DNA from: Prorocentrum cordatum
Taxonomy: Eukaryota
Length of the DNA stretch: 64,000 nt
Direction of reading: 5' to 3'
Assembly: GCA_963575745.1 (NCBI GenBank)
Contig: CAUYUJ010000001.1
Location: forward strand, 3,348,001-3,412,000
Shown here: piece after piece, positions 23,123 to 36,959 of the stretch
Layout: every line of letters starts with the position of its first letter
Position numbering within the stretch: the stretch's first letter is position 1
Notes under the pieces: generated by a model
Told to the model about the DNA's origin: nothing
Database searches by the model: none
The model's input: the letters and a program-made list of their open reading frames with translations, nothing else
Made by a program: the position numbers and the translations under genes

Positions 23123-23760
23123 TTAAAACGCCAACGGCGAGTCGCCGCCACCCGCTCCCCTGCCGTTCTAGAAACGCCGATGTGGCCAAACGCTGGACCA
23201 AAGCTTGGCCAAGCGATTGGACGATGTGTTCCCCCAGCCGTTGTGGAAACCCTTCGGTGAATACCTGGGAAAGAAATTGAGAGGAGGATGAGAAGGAGGA
23301 GAAGGAGAAGGAGAAGGAGGAGGAGGAGGAGGAGGAGGAGGCGGAGGACTAGCATGAGAAAGAACAGGAGGCCTCTGAAGGCAGCATCGTGGCTTTCTGG
23401 GGCCTTCCAGGGAGCCTCTTGGGGGCCTGTGATTGCCTCTTGGGGGCCCCTGGAGGCCTCAGACGGACCTCTTGGCCTTCGGAGGCCGTCTTAGGGGCCT
23501 CTATGGGCAGTCGTGGGTCCCTCTTTGGGCGCTTTAGGGCCATCCTTGATGCCTATGGGGCTATCTTGAGGGCGTCTTGGGATTCTCTTGGATCGTCTTG
23601 CAGGCCCCTTGGGCTTCTTGGGGGCTTCTTGGGAAATCTTGGGGCGATCTTGGGGGACTACGGGGCTGTCTTGGAGCGTCGGAAGCCCCCAAGGGAGACA
23701 ACGCTAAACTCAATACATGGTCTTAGAGACATCCATGATTTTGGCGTCCCGGAAGTCCTT
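23123..23760 (-). mobile_element. Diverged family A element, reverse orientation (5' boundary uncertain)
   Basis: The reverse complement of the 3' module (gtggcggcgactcgccgttggcgtttt) lies at about 23123-23270, followed by microsatellite and satellite body. Confidence 0.55.
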
Positions 23761-24059
23761 TGAATCACTCTCGGGGCGTGTTTCTCATCAAATAATCTTT
23801 CACATATGAGTCCCAAGTCAACCCCAAAAAGCTCTCGGGAGAAGGAAAGAAGAGAACGTAATACGGACGAAGGAGGTGGGGGGGAGGGACGAAAGGGGAG
23901 GAAAGAAATGACAGGCAGGGGGGAAGGATAATGAACGCACAGGACTGCTGCCAACAGCAGCGGGAAGCCCCCCAGATCGGCGGCACTGGCCGGAGTCCAA
24001 CTCAATTCGTAGAGAACTGGTCCTTTGTTCTCCGTAATTTGCCCTTGCAGCCGTCAAGC

Positions 24060-24560
24060 TATCCGCATGGCTTCCTCTGCAGTCCGCGTGGCTTCCTCTG
24101 TATCCGCATCGCTTCCTTTTGCAATCCGCATGGCTTCCTCTGTATCCGCGTGGCTTCCTTTGCAAGCCACATGGCTTCCTCTGTATCCGCATAGCTTCCG
24201 CATTGCTTCAGCATGGGTCGAGACGGACAGAGACGAGTCGGATAGATGGTAGCAGAGCAAGGCAGACTGGAATCGAGTAGAGCAGAATATGATAGAGCAG
24301 AATAGAATCGGAATCGAGTACGAGTATCGTGCTGTACTAGAAGAATACGTTAAGATAGTATGGCAGGAGTCGAGTAGACGGTATAGTAGAGTCGGGCATT
24401 ATCGATGATTTAATCATAGTGCAGAGGATGTTCGAGTCGAGTACCAATCCAGTGTACTAGAAAACAACTATAACACGTCAGGGTAGGGCCGCCGGGTAGA
24501 CGTCATTGAGTAGGGTAGAATAGGACATCGAACAGAAAGGGCAGATGCTATGATGGACTC
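24060..24560 (+). repeat. 20-21-bp minisatellite (atccgcatggcttcctctgt) followed by a degenerate 5-bp GAGTA/GAATA tract
   Basis: Direct inspection. Confidence 0.8.
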
Positions 24561-24724
24561 GGTATTACAACAACAAGTAGACCATCCTACCATCTATTAC
24601 AATCCACCCAATGCACTTCAGTCTGCTCCAGGCCGAGTCTACGTGTTCACTCCAATCCACTGCATCTCAGTCTGATACGTGTGGAGTCTGTGCTGCTTGT
24701 TGTTGTTGTTGTTGTTGTTGTTGT

Positions 24725-26712
24725 CCCAACCATCTTGTGGTGTTTTGTCTTCGTTTAGAAGAGACAGCGCCACGCGCCATTCACTCCTTCCTCCTTCCTA
24801 CTTCTTCCTCCTCCTCCTCCTCCTCCTCTCCCTCCTCCCTTCTCCCAATTCTGCCTCTGCCCCCCGCATGCCCCTGCTTCGCCACACCCCTCACACACTT
24901 CGTAACTTCGTGGCACCATGGGGAGCCCCACCGCTGGCCCCAATGGCCGCGGCCGCATTCCTCCCACCACCCAATACAGCGTTTCGTGCACCCCCCCAGG
25001 GATCTCAACCAAAGGCCCCAATGGCCGCGGCCGCACGCGTCCCCGCCACCCACTACAACGCTTCGCTGCCCCATGAGCAGCTCCAGCGAAGGCCCCAGTG
25101 GCTGCGGCCGCATGCGTCCCCACCACCCAATGCCAAGGTTTCGTTGCCCCATGGGGAGCTCCACCGAAGGCCCCAATGGCCGCGGCCGCGCGTCCCCGCC
25201 ACCAAGTGCAGCTTTTCGTGCCCCCCGAAGGTGGCTCCACGGAAGGCCTCGGTGGCCGCGGCCGCATGCGTCCCAACCACTCTCCGCAGCGTTTCGTGGC
25301 CCCACGGGGAGCTCCACAGGATGCCAGAGAGGCGACGCTCGCATGCGTCTCCCAGGCCCAGTACAGCGTTTCGTGGCTCGATGGGGAGCTCCAACGAAAG
25401 CACCAGTGGCCGCGGCCGCATGCGCCCCCACGGCCCAATGCAAGTTGCGTGGCCTCATAGGGAGCTCCACCGACGGTCCCTGAGGCAACTTTCGCATGCG
25501 TTCCCACCAACATTGTATCGTTTCGTGGCCCCAAAAAGGGGGCTCCACCGAAGGCCCCAATGGCCGCGACCGCATGCGTCCCCACCAGCGACTACAAAGT
25601 TTCGTGGCCCCCTGGGGAGCTCCACCGATGGACACAGAAACGACAACGTTCGCATGCGTCCCCACCGCCCAGTTGCCTATAAAGAGCTCCACCGAAGGCC
25701 CCAGGCGGCCGCGGCCGCATGCGCCCCCCCCATCCAGTCACGTTTCGTGACCCGAAGGCCCCAATGGCCGCGGCCGCATGCGTCCCCGCCACCCACTACA
25801 ACGCTTCGTGGCCTCCACCGAAGGCCCCAATGGCCGCGGCCGCATGCGTCCCGACCGCCCAGTACAGCGCTTCGCTGCCCCATGGGGTGCACCACCGAAG
25901 GCCCTAGTGGCAGCAGCCGCATACATCCCCGCCACACAGTACAGATATGCGTGGCCCCATAGGGAGCTCCACCGAAGGCCCCAGAGGCAAAATCCAAATG
26001 CGGCCCCGCGGCCCACCGCATGCTAATTTCGGCACACCCCTCCCACGGTTCGTGGCCTCATAAGGGGTTCCACGGAAGGCCTCAATGGCAAGGTTCGCAT
26101 GCAGCTCACCGCCCACCGCCCACCGCATGCCCATTTCGGCACACCCCTCCCACGGTTTCGTGGCACCGCAGGGAGCCTCACCCCGAAGGCCTTCGTGGCA
26201 AGGTTCGCATGCTGCTCCCCGCCCACCGCACTTTCCTGCTGGCACGCCCCTCGCACGGCTCGTGGCCCCGTAGGGAGGAGGAGGAGGAGGAGGAGGAGGA
26301 GGAGGAGGAGGAGGAGGAGGAGGAGGAGGGAGGAGTGGAGGAGGAGGAGGAGGAGGGGGAGGAGGAGGAGGAGCCCCCGAGAGCCCCGCGCCCTCCATCC
26401 ATCCTCCCTCCTCCTCAAGTTTCGTGGCCCCAGAGGGAGCTCCACCGAAGGCCCCCGTGGCAGGGTTCGCATGCGGCCCCGCTCCCTGCATGCCCATCCT
26501 GGCACACCCCTCACACGGTTCGGGGCCCCACAGGGAGCTCCACCGAAGGCCCCAGTGGCATGGGTCGCACGTGCCCCGCCCACCCACCCGCCGCATGTCA
26601 ATTTTGGCACGCCCCTCACACGGTTCGTGGCACTATAGGGGCCCCCTTTCTTCGTCTCATCTGCCTCGCGGTACTCACACCTGCATATGGTTGGGTTCTT
26701 CGTCTGGATAAT
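24725..26712 (+). mobile_element. Helentron-like element, family B
   Basis: Head CCCAACCATCTTGTGGTG..GAAGAGACAGCG; CCT tract; ~77-bp array 24870-26640; tail ATGGTTGGG at 26687-26695. Confidence 0.7.
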
Positions 26713-26855
26713 GTTGTGCGCCTGCTGTGCGAAGTGCAACTGCTTTGAAGAACGCAAGCGCTGAAACATGGGGAACCGCTGGCTGGGTGTCGGCGGGGGT
26801 GCTTGCCTCGATCCTGCCAGCCCTCTGGGGGGCTGGTGACCAATGGCCTCAACTC

Positions 26856-26908
<53 letters not shown>

Positions 26909-28084
26909 CCTCCCAACCCCCTCCAGCCCAGTCAGCCCCTTGGGGAACGGGGGAAGCTCACTCTCCCCTCCGTATTTGGGAAAGACGCAGTCGCCCCTTG
27001 GAGTCCCAACTACGGGGTCCTGGACGGATCAAAACTATTCTTTTCGCATCCACGGTAGAATACGCCACAATACAACCGATTGCCCCCCCCCCCCCCCCCA
27101 CATGTGGGCCAACGATATCAAAAACTATGCCTGGCATCCATCACTGCTTGTACCTTGAACATGATGCGCATGTGGATGAAAACCTTACACCGCCATTGAC
27201 GGTATCCCGTGCGCTGCTGCTAGCGACTCTGGCTCATGCCGTATGCCACCAGATTGCCGACCGTACCAGAAGACTCCCTGACGTGCGGGCTGGGACCTCC
27301 TCCCGCGAGACGGCCACGCGGCATCCCGAAACAGAAACCACACGAAACAGAACGCGAAATGGGGAGACGGTCGCCGCCGTCCCGGAGGTCCACGCGGAAC
27401 ACCCCAAGCGCGCCCAACAACTTCCAGAACTGCTCGGGGAACCGGGGTTACGAGCCTTTGAAAATCCGAGAGGCCCTCGACCTCTCAAGGCTACATGAGG
27501 CTTTGGGCACTCGCGCCAGAGGAAAGGCCACGGGCGTTTGGCCCAGCACGCCTACCTCTTTGCAGCCTTCGTCGGCTTTGGGCACTCCACTACGTGCTGA
27601 GGGCACGATGGCGGCTTGGCACCGCGATAGAACTATAGTCCAACGGGGCTTGTCACATTTCTCTAGGGTGTGGTGGTCGGGCTCGAGGAAACGAGTCGGC
27701 CTCAACATGTGGCCGTCCCTGAGGACCGCCGCTTGCTGCTTCTCAGCTCTCTCGGTAACGGTTGTGGGTTTTAGTGTTCTTTTCGAGCGTTCGACGCTCC
27801 AAGACAGCCAAAGAGGCGCCCCAAATCGCCCCAAGTCGGCCCAAGAGGTGCCCAAGAGCGCACCCCAGGCAGCCCAAGATGGCCCCACAACGGCCCTCAA
27901 TACTGCCCAGTGGGGCCTCAACGAGAGGCCTCAGAGGGGGAACCCGAACCGACCTTTCGAGCCCATCGCCCCAAGATGACCCCGGAGACCGCCAGCAGGC
28001 CCCCAAGATGCCATCCACAAGCTCCATAAGGCCCCCAAGAAGCCAGAAGAGGCACGGTGGCGGGATGGGCCGCAAGCCAGTTGA

Positions 28085-29017
28085 TCCGCCGCCCCCTGCT
28101 TGCAGGGGTGCACGGCGTGCTGGACGAGCTGGTTTTGGTTTTGGTTCTTTTTCTAAAAGAACTCCCCAGTGGGCTTCGGCCCGTCCCGCCGGCCACCCGT
28201 AAATTTCCCAAAATGCGTCTGTCAATGCCCAAAAACGGCCGTTTCGCTCGGGACATCCTCAAAAAATCGCGAAGATGGCCCAAGATGGCCTCCAAGTCCG
28301 CCCGAGATGGTCCAAGACGGCCTCCAAAACGGCCCAAGAGAGTCCAAGACGGCCCAAGACGGCCCAAGAGGCCCCCCAGAGGCCTCCCAGACGGCCCAAG
28401 AGGCCTCCAAGAGGTCCTCCAGGAGAGTCCGAAGAGGCCAAAATCATTGATTTTCCCTTGGTTTTTGAAGGATTTTGGCATTTGCGCCTTTTCGGCTCTC
28501 CGACGGCTCAAGACGGCCCAAGAAGCCCCCAAGATCGCCCAAGAGGCCCCCAAGAGAGCCCCATGATGGCCCAAGTGGCCTCCAAGATGGCCCCTAGAGG
28601 GCCCCAAGAGGGCCCAAGAGGCCTCCAACACGCCCAAGATGGCCTCCCAGACGCCCAAGATGGCCTCCAAGACGGCCCTGGAGCATTCCAAGCGGGCCCC
28701 AAGTCGGCCCATAGAGGCCCCCCAAACGGCTTCCGACGGCTTCAGACGTGCCAGGAACCCACCAAGATGGCCGAAGTTGGCTCGAAGCTGGCCCGAGACG
28801 GCCCAAAAAGCCCCAAAGATCGCCCAAAGCTTGCCCAAGAGGCCTCCAAGACGGCCAAGATGACCTTCAAGATGCCCACGTGTTCCCCGAAGGCTTTCCA
28901 AACCGATTCGGGGAACACGTGGTCCGATAGCTTGGCAGGTCTGGCCTCAACGTTCGGCCACATAGGCGCTTCCAAAAAGGCAGGGGGCGGCGGTGATTCG
29001 CCGTAGGCGTCTTCGAT
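28085..29017 (+). mobile_element. Helentron-like element, family A
   Basis: 5' TCCGCCGCCCCCTG; CAGGGGGCGGCGG at 28981-28993; CGCC-GTA-GGCG hairpin. The 3' ~170 bp is nearly identical to 8405-8572. Confidence 0.75.
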
Positions 29018-30005
29018 CCGCCGCCCCCAATTGTCTTGCCACAGGGGTGCTCCGCGTGCTAGACGTCTGGTGGCTTTGGGGTCTTTTAGAACTCCCACGG
29101 AGGCTTCGCCACAACGCGCCGGCCACCCTGAAGGCCGCGTTAGCCGCGCAATCCGCTGAACAATTGTGTCAAATCGCCTCCGCGACGGCCAAGATGGCCT
29201 CCAAGATGCTTTCAAGACGGCTAAGATAGCCCCAAGAGAACCCCAGATGGTCCCAAGATACACCCAAGACGGCCCAAGATGCAGCCAAGATGGCCCAAAA
29301 TGGGCCAAGACGGCCAAAGAGGCCCCCAAGAAACCTCCAGGACAATCCAATAGGCCTCCAAGAGGTCCTCCAGGAAGACCCGGAGAGGCCCAAAGCAGGA
29401 TTTTCCTATGGTTTTTCACAGTTTCTGCTTCAAAACGGCCTTCCGACGGTCCAGAAGGCCCCCAAGATCGCCCCCATTGCGCCCCAGAGGCCTCAAAGAT
29501 GTCCCCAGGACGGCCAAAGATGCTTCTAAGACGGCCCTCAAAGGGCCCCAAGACGGCCCAAGAGGCCTCGAAGACGGCCAAGTTGGCATTCAAGACGCCC
29601 CTAAAGCGCCCCAAGAAGGCCCAGAGAAGCTCTCAAGATGGCTTCCGACGGCGCAGACGGGCCAGGAACGCCGTAAGACGGCCAAAGAGGCCCGCAAGAA
29701 ACCCCCAAAGGCCCCCAAGAGGCCCAAGGATGCCCCCAGGAGGCCTTCAAGAGGCCCCCAGGAAGCCCCCAGGAGGCCGCAATAATGAACCAAGAAGCTC
29801 CCACGAGGTCTCCTCATCTTTCTCCTCATCCTCCTTTCCCATCCCTATCCTTATCCTCCTCTTCCTCCCCCACGTGTAGGGCTTCCACAATGGCTAGAGG
29901 AACGCATGGTCCAATTGCGTCTCCAAGTTTGTCCCACATGTTTGGCCACGTAGGCGTATCCCAAATGGTAGGGGGCGGCGTTGACTCGCAGTCGGCGTCC
30001 TCGAT
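29017..30005 (+). mobile_element. Helentron-like element, family A, head-to-tail with the previous copy
   Basis: Starts TCCGCCGCCCCC at the shared T 29017 and has a diverged 3' module ending GGGGGCGGCG..CGCAGTCGGCGTCCTCGAT. Confidence 0.68.
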
Positions 30006-30522
30006 CGTTCTACCACGCGGCCAGACTGGGATCCTGGGATCCCCCATTAGCGACGCAATGTGCAAACAAGAAACGGAGCAGATGGGGAAGAAGAGGAAGA
30101 GAGGGGAGGGGGCGGGGAAAGTGAAGCGATAGGGAGCAGGATGGGATGAGGGGAGTGCACGATGCGCCTCCTATCTCCCCCTCTCCGATGGCCCCCCCCC
30201 GCCTACCCCTGCCTTTTCGTGCCTTCCCTCACCCTCACCTCCCATATTCCTCCCGTCCAAGACGCCATGGGGAAATGCCGATATCAAGCGCTGCCCGCAC
30301 GGCCGGTGGACCTGGTCTGCCCGCCCTGCTCGACCCTCGCAACCAAGGGGTTCACGGTGTTCGAGGGCAGGAAGCCCGAATAGCCTTCGGGCCCCTCTCA
30401 GCGAGTCCCGCATGCGTGGGGGGCTGGAAGGGGACAGGAAGGGCAGGTAGTGTAGAGAAGAAATAAGGCAGATCAAGGTTGGGAAGAGTAAGGCGCGATG
30501 AAGGGAGAGAGAGAGAGAGAGA

Positions 30523-30560
<38 letters not shown>

Positions 30561-31109
30561 TAGGTAGATATATAGACATATACAAGACTGCATTGGCGCT
30601 TCGCGCCCTGCACCTTGGTCCTTCAAGCCTTGCATGTGTTGGCACCCAACACGATCCTCCGTGGCCTTTGCATTCTGCCCGTTTCGCGCCCAGTCCTCGG
30701 GCCCGTTCCATATTTGCTCGCGCCCTCGCTTGGCAAGTCCGCGCGCCACTCGGACTTATCTTGGGGTGCGTTTGCATGAGAATCTCAAAACGGATCCGAT
30801 CACGTAGCGATGAGAACGGCCGTGGAGGCTCCGGAAAAAACTCGGAGGGAAGGAGCGGGGTTGAAGTGGAGGAGGATGAATGGAGGAGCGGCAGAGGGGA
30901 GGAAGATCATGAGGAGGACGAACAGGAGGGAGAAGGATGACGAAGGCGCCGTCGGGGAACGGCGAAACAATTTGTCAGCGTCGCACCGAGCGGCGCCGCT
31001 CCAGAAACCGCCCAACCCCGCGGGCGGCTTCTGCCCAGAAGCCGAGAGCGGGGGGCCAGGGGCAGAGGCGGCAGCCGCAGCCCAGGGCCCGCAACGGGTG
31101 CATTGATAG

Positions 31110-31405
31110 ACTTTTTGTTGGGGGGCTGGCCGTAATTATGTTTCCCGCCGACTGGCACACGACTTGCAAGCCCGATTGGACTGCTGAAGTTGTGTTGTGG
31201 AGAATGATTGTGCAGGCAGGGTCTCGCCACAATCGGAGCAGGCAAATACAGACATCGAGGATGTGGTGTATGCGATAGCTTAAACATGTAAGCCAACGGC
31301 TACGGATGCAGGTGTACGTGCACGTTTGGAGAACATTGTTTCATACATGACTTGGAAGGGCCAACGTGAAATCTCCATGGAACGATTATTCTGGGTTGCG
31401 ATAGA
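31110..31405 (+). pseudogene. Possible APE endonuclease relic
   Basis: GGLAVIM and a downstream TIILGCD motif, with stops between them. Confidence 0.25.
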
Positions 31406-32355
31406 GCAGCAAGCATGCAGGCAATGTACCGGATCCTGGAAATGCTAAGGACATCTACCGAATCTCAGGAAATGTGCCGAATCCCGGGTTCGCAACCGAT
31501 TTCCCGGGAATTTGGTTGCGAACCCGGAATTTCAAGCATTTTGGGGTTTTGCGTGGGATGCCGCTGTCTGGCAAACAACGGAGCAGCGCAGGGAAGCCGT
31601 CCCGGAGGTGACGGCTGATTTAGGCGATTCAAAGGTTTTGAAGCCTCTTGGGGAGCCGTTTCGACTGCCTCTTGGAGAGCCATTTGGGGGCCTCTCGGGT
31701 TTTTTTTTGGGACCTCTTGGGGGTCCTTGGGACCTTTTGGAAGCTTCTTGGGGCCTCTTGGGGCCCTCCTGGGGCCTCCTGGGGCTCCCTCGGGGCGAAA
31801 AGTTTGATGTTTGAACGTTTGATCGGCCTCTGGGGTTCCTCTTGAGGCTTTCTCGGGGCCCTCTTGGGCCCTCTTGGGCGCCTCTTGGGCTGGTTTGGGG
31901 CGCTCCAGAGCCGTGTTGGGGCCGTGTTGGGACAGTCTTGGGGGCCTCCCGGGTCATCTTGGGGCGCTCTTGAGGGCCTCTGGATCTGTCTTGGAGCGTC
32001 GGAAAGCTGAAAAAGCGAGAAGGCAGACAACATAGAAAAACACAATGGACAATTAACCATTTCGGCCTCCCGGTGCCGTCTTGGGAGGCTTCTTTGGGGC
32101 CTCTTGGGGCGTCTTGGGGGCTCCTGGGGCTGTCTTGGTGCCATCTTGGGTGGTCTTGGGGGCCTCTGGGGCAATCTTGGGGCCATCTTGGGCGTCTTGA
32201 AGCGCTTTGTGCCTGTCTTGGAGCGCTCTTGGGGCACTCGGGACCGCTTCAATGGGCGTCCGGAGGGTCCCAAAGCCCCAGGATCCCGGGAGTCCGGTTT
32301 GGGGGGCGGGGGATGGGTTTTGCGGCCGCCCGGGCTTCTAAAAATATAGGAAGAG

Positions 32356-32427
<72 letters not shown>

Positions 32428-35400
32428 TAGAAAAGTGGCGGAATGCCCCGGCGATCCACCGGACGATTTGTTCTGATCTTCCCCTGCAGCCCGCAATGTG
32501 GTTCGTGCCCTTGGTCGTCCCCTTGTGCGTGTCGGCACCGCGGGCTCCCGTTGGCACGGGGCGGGACGGCGTGCGTAGGCTTTTCAGGCCGCTGGAGGAC
32601 GACGCGCGCAGGGGCGTCCTGGGCGCCCAGGCGCCTCGCTCTGGAATTTCTGACCCTCCCCCGTCCTCCTGCACAGTGCTTTGCCCTATCAAAAGAATAT
32701 GTTCGCGAGGAACACGTTGGGCTACCTCCGGGTTGCCTTCGTTTGCTGAGCCGACGTGGGACACTTACCTCCCGCGAGCGCTTGGTAGCACACCCTCCCC
32801 TCTCCACACCTCCCCTCCCTCCTCCCACCCCTCCTCATTCCCCTTTCATGTTTCGTCTTCCGTCCCTGCCTATATTCGTTACAGCTGGCAGGCTGGGCAA
32901 TGCTGTCCTAGATGGCCCCATGAATTCTACATACGGTGTTCGCTTCCTTTCTAGTAAGCAAGTTTGGATGCGGATGACCATGTCCGCCTCGAGGCACCTT
33001 GCTCCTGAATCCGCCATACGAACGCCATGCCGGACTGCAACTAGACATCTCCTGACCCTTCTTTCTCCTCTTGTCTCCCCCTTTCCGCAATCACTCAATA
33101 TGGCTCCCAGACTAAAACACTCCGCCCTCTCCGTGTATGTCTTTCACACAGGATTCCAACATGGTGCTCCCGATGCAGCGTGGGCCTAATTTTGGGATCG
33201 GCGCGGTGCTCCCGTCATTCAGAATGGAGCCTTCGCCCCAGCGCGGGCCACTCTTCTGAATCCGAGTCTTCCTTATCTCTGTCGCCCGCTCCCTTGCTCT
33301 CCCCCGCCTTCCCCTGGTCCTCCTGCTCCTCACGCGCCTGCGACTCCTGCGACTGCTGCTGCTATTCCTCCTCGACCTCATCCTCTCCCGCTCCTCCTCC
33401 TCCCCCTCCTCTTCCTTCTCCTCCTCTTCCTCCTCCCGCTCTTTCTCCTGCTCATCCTCCTTCTCCGCCTCCTCCTCCTCATCCTCTTCTTCCTCCAATG
33501 TGCACAGACCATTTTTCGGACTGTGCATGACACGATGGTGTCCTTCTTGGGGCTCCAGGCCCGCGACGACACCCGTCGGCGCACAGAGGGCACCTCCGCG
33601 CAACGGGAAAAAGGGACGGGTGGGAGGGGCAGGACGTCACCTGCCACTGGCCATCGCTCGGACGTCCACTCGCTGTTTTTTTTCCGGTTTCGTGCGTGGT
33701 TTTCTCCCAGGATGACCCAGGATGCTCCTCAATGCTCCCCGCCGAGAACAAGTGCACGCGTCCGAGCGATACCAAGGCCATGGCGCGAGCGCGCCTGGCC
33801 TGCCGCCGCCCCCCCCCTCTCCCCCCGTCCCCCGTCCCCTCTCTCTCTCCTCCGCCTCCGCCTCCGCCTCCGCCTCCTCCTCCTCCTCCTCCTCTTCCTC
33901 CTCCTTCTCCTCTTCCTCCTCCTTCTCCTCCTCCCCCTCCTCCTCCTCCTCCCCCTCCTCCTCCTCCTCCTCCTCCTCCTCCTCCTCCTCCTCCTCCGTC
34001 CCCTCTCTGCCTCCTCGTGGGCGCCTCGTGGGCGCCCCGTGGGTCGGGTGGGCTCGCCCACGGCTGCGCCGCGCTGCCGCCCGAGCCGCCCCGCGGGCGC
34101 CTCCGCCCGGCGCCCCCGCGTGCGCTCGGGGGGGCTCCCCGAGGCTGCGCCATGCTGCCGCCCCCGCCGCCCCGTGCCAGGCTGCGCCATGCTGCCGCCC
34201 CCCCCCCCTCTCTCTCCGCCACCCACCCCCCTCTCTCTGCCTCTCTCTTCCCCCTCCACCTCCTCCCAGTTCCCCTGGCTCCGCCGCCCCCCCCCCGTCT
34301 CCACGCCGCAGCGGCGCCGCCACCCCGCCGACACGACGCGTCCCCGCACGGGGCCGCCGGGCACTCGGCGGGGGCCGCCGTGGATCTCAGCACGGGCAGC
34401 CGGCTGTCCTCGTGATTCATCCTGCCGAGGCGGGCCGCGCAACAGCCGCGCCGCCTCCCCGTTCCTGCCCATGCAGTCGCTGTTGCTGCTGCTCTTCCTC
34501 CTCCTCCTCCTCCTAGTCCTTCTCTGTCTCCTTCAGCTTGGCCTCCTCTTTCCCTTCCCCACTCCAGCTCTTCCACCACCACCACAACCTCCTCCTCCTC
34601 CTCCTTCTCCTCCTCCTCCTCCTCCTCACTGATCATCGCTCCTTCCCCTCCTCCTGCTCCTCGGCCTCATCCTCTTCCCACGCGCCATGCTCCTCATCAT
34701 CCTAGTCTTCCTCCTTCTTTCTTCCTTCTTTCCTCCTCCTCCTCCTCACATTCGTCACGATTCCCCTTCTGCTCCTGCTCGGCCTTGTCTTCCTCCTCCT
34801 CCCTATTCCCCTCCTCGCTCTGCTGCTCCCTCACGTTTACTTCGTCTCCCTCCGTCCTCCTCTTCCCTCATCTTCGTTCTCCTCCTCCTGCTATCCTCGC
34901 GGCCAGGGCAGAGACCATGGCCAGACGCCCGCGTCGTCGCCATCGCGGTGTGTCCATCCTGACCACTGAGCCACTGAGCCCAGACCAGAACACGCATGCC
35001 AAGACGACCCAACAACCACCAAGTCACACTGGGCCGAACCATGCTAAATACACCAGACATACCAATGCAACATACTAACAACCCAAGCGTAACGGCCAGA
35101 CCAATCGCACCAACCAGTCGCATAAACTAGTCCGAGCAGACCAACCAGGCAACGTGACACGAACAGAGCACACACTCGTACCAACAATGCTCCACACTGC
35201 CATTGGAATCATACGCTCAACCAACACAACCGCTCCCTTCCAGGGCAAGCACCATCACGTCACATCGACGCTACACAACTATAAAGGCACACAACAAACG
35301 CAATGCAACATTCACTAATTGTTATGCTCCAATCTGTCGACGCCTGGGACATCATGCTCCCCATGAACATCCCAAACCACTCACGCCATACCCGTGAAAT

Positions 35401-36959
35401 CTTCACGCTCACGCAATCAAACCCATTGCACACATCTGCTCATGGTAATGTGCGTTTGCGGACGTCACGTCTTCCATACACTTCCCGACGCTACTCCCGC
35501 CTTGCACACGGAATCTTGAGCTTAAACTAAAGCGTAGAAACGCAGCCCTAAGGTTAACAACGCGTAGAAACTAATTATCAGACGCCTGAGCCTCATATTC
35601 GAGTACTTGCGTTCTGGATGTTTGGCATTTCGTCGTGCGCTGCACGGCTGCGAGCTGTATGTATGCAGTGGCCTTCGCCGCCTCTCCCTCGTCCGCATTT
35701 TCTCGCCAAGAATCCAGACTCGCGCGGTGACCCGGCAACGTGATGTTACGAGCGTCTGTCCTTGACAGATGCCAGAACTGAAACTGGATTGTGTTGATCA
35801 TCCGTTTAAGCGCCCTTACATTACGAATCTTCGCGATCGCGTACAGCTATGCAACGGTTAAACCTGCGGCCCGCGCCGCTGACAGCGATCGGGGAGAGTG
35901 CAGGAGGCCCACAGGGGGGAGACGCGCCCCAGAACGAGAAAGATTGGGGCCAGGAGGGCCTGGCATGGAGGCGCGGCGGGTCCTGTGGGTGGGATCGGAG
36001 CCGTAATGCCCGAAGCCCTCCTGGTTGGTCGTGGCCGGGAAAGTCGCGCTCAGGCAGGTGGCTGGGTTCGCCGACTGGTACGGGGGTCCTGGCAAGGGGG
36101 GAGCGAGGATGGGGCGGGTGGGGCGGGATACGGGAGAACGAGGGAGGGAGGAGGGATGAAGGGAGGTGGCGAATAGTGGGAACGTCAATCGACCAATAGA
36201 ATCCCCCGAAACCCCAACAACCGAGGAAGACAACGGGCGACACAACAACAATCGCGGAAACAACGACAACGGGGGACAACCGCGGGTCAAGAATCTCAGA
36301 TTTCTGGGATTTCCGTGGCGTGCCGCGTGACCTGCCTATCGAATAAACAAACATAAATGCTTGATTGTTTTGGGTTGCACATGCCACTGCCAGGCAGCTA
36401 GAAACTTCCCCTCGAACATGGACAACGACCATGCAGAGTCTCATAATAGGCCTCCACTGAGATGCCACCACGAGGCGCCCAAGAGGTCCCCCGAGAAGCC
36501 CCCAAGGGCCCCCTGGCAGATCTTGAGAGTGTCGAGCGATCTCCCAAGACGCCTCCAAGAGGCACCCAAGAGCTCCGCCAAAGACCGTAGAAATCAAGGT
36601 CTCAAGCACGGTGGCGGCACAGGCGGAATATCGATAAGGAAATCCCCCGCCACAATGCTTGCACTCACTGGCCCTGCTTTGTGCTTCAAGGAGGCGGCCC
36701 GGTACGCCAGGGTGGGGCCGTACTCGTCTTAGGGGGCTTTGGGTGTGGGTTGGGCGTTGGTGTTGACGTGGATTCGGACGTAGATTTGGGCGTGGAAATT
36801 GAACGTGGGTGTGAATGGGTGTGAACGTGGCGGGTGTTAACGTGGGAGCGGACGTACGTTTGGGCGTGGGCTTGGGTGTTGATTTGACGTGGGCTTGGAC
36901 ATCTTGAGAGCAGCCCAGTATGGTGCCAAGCGTCACCTTTCTTACAGATCGTGCAACAT

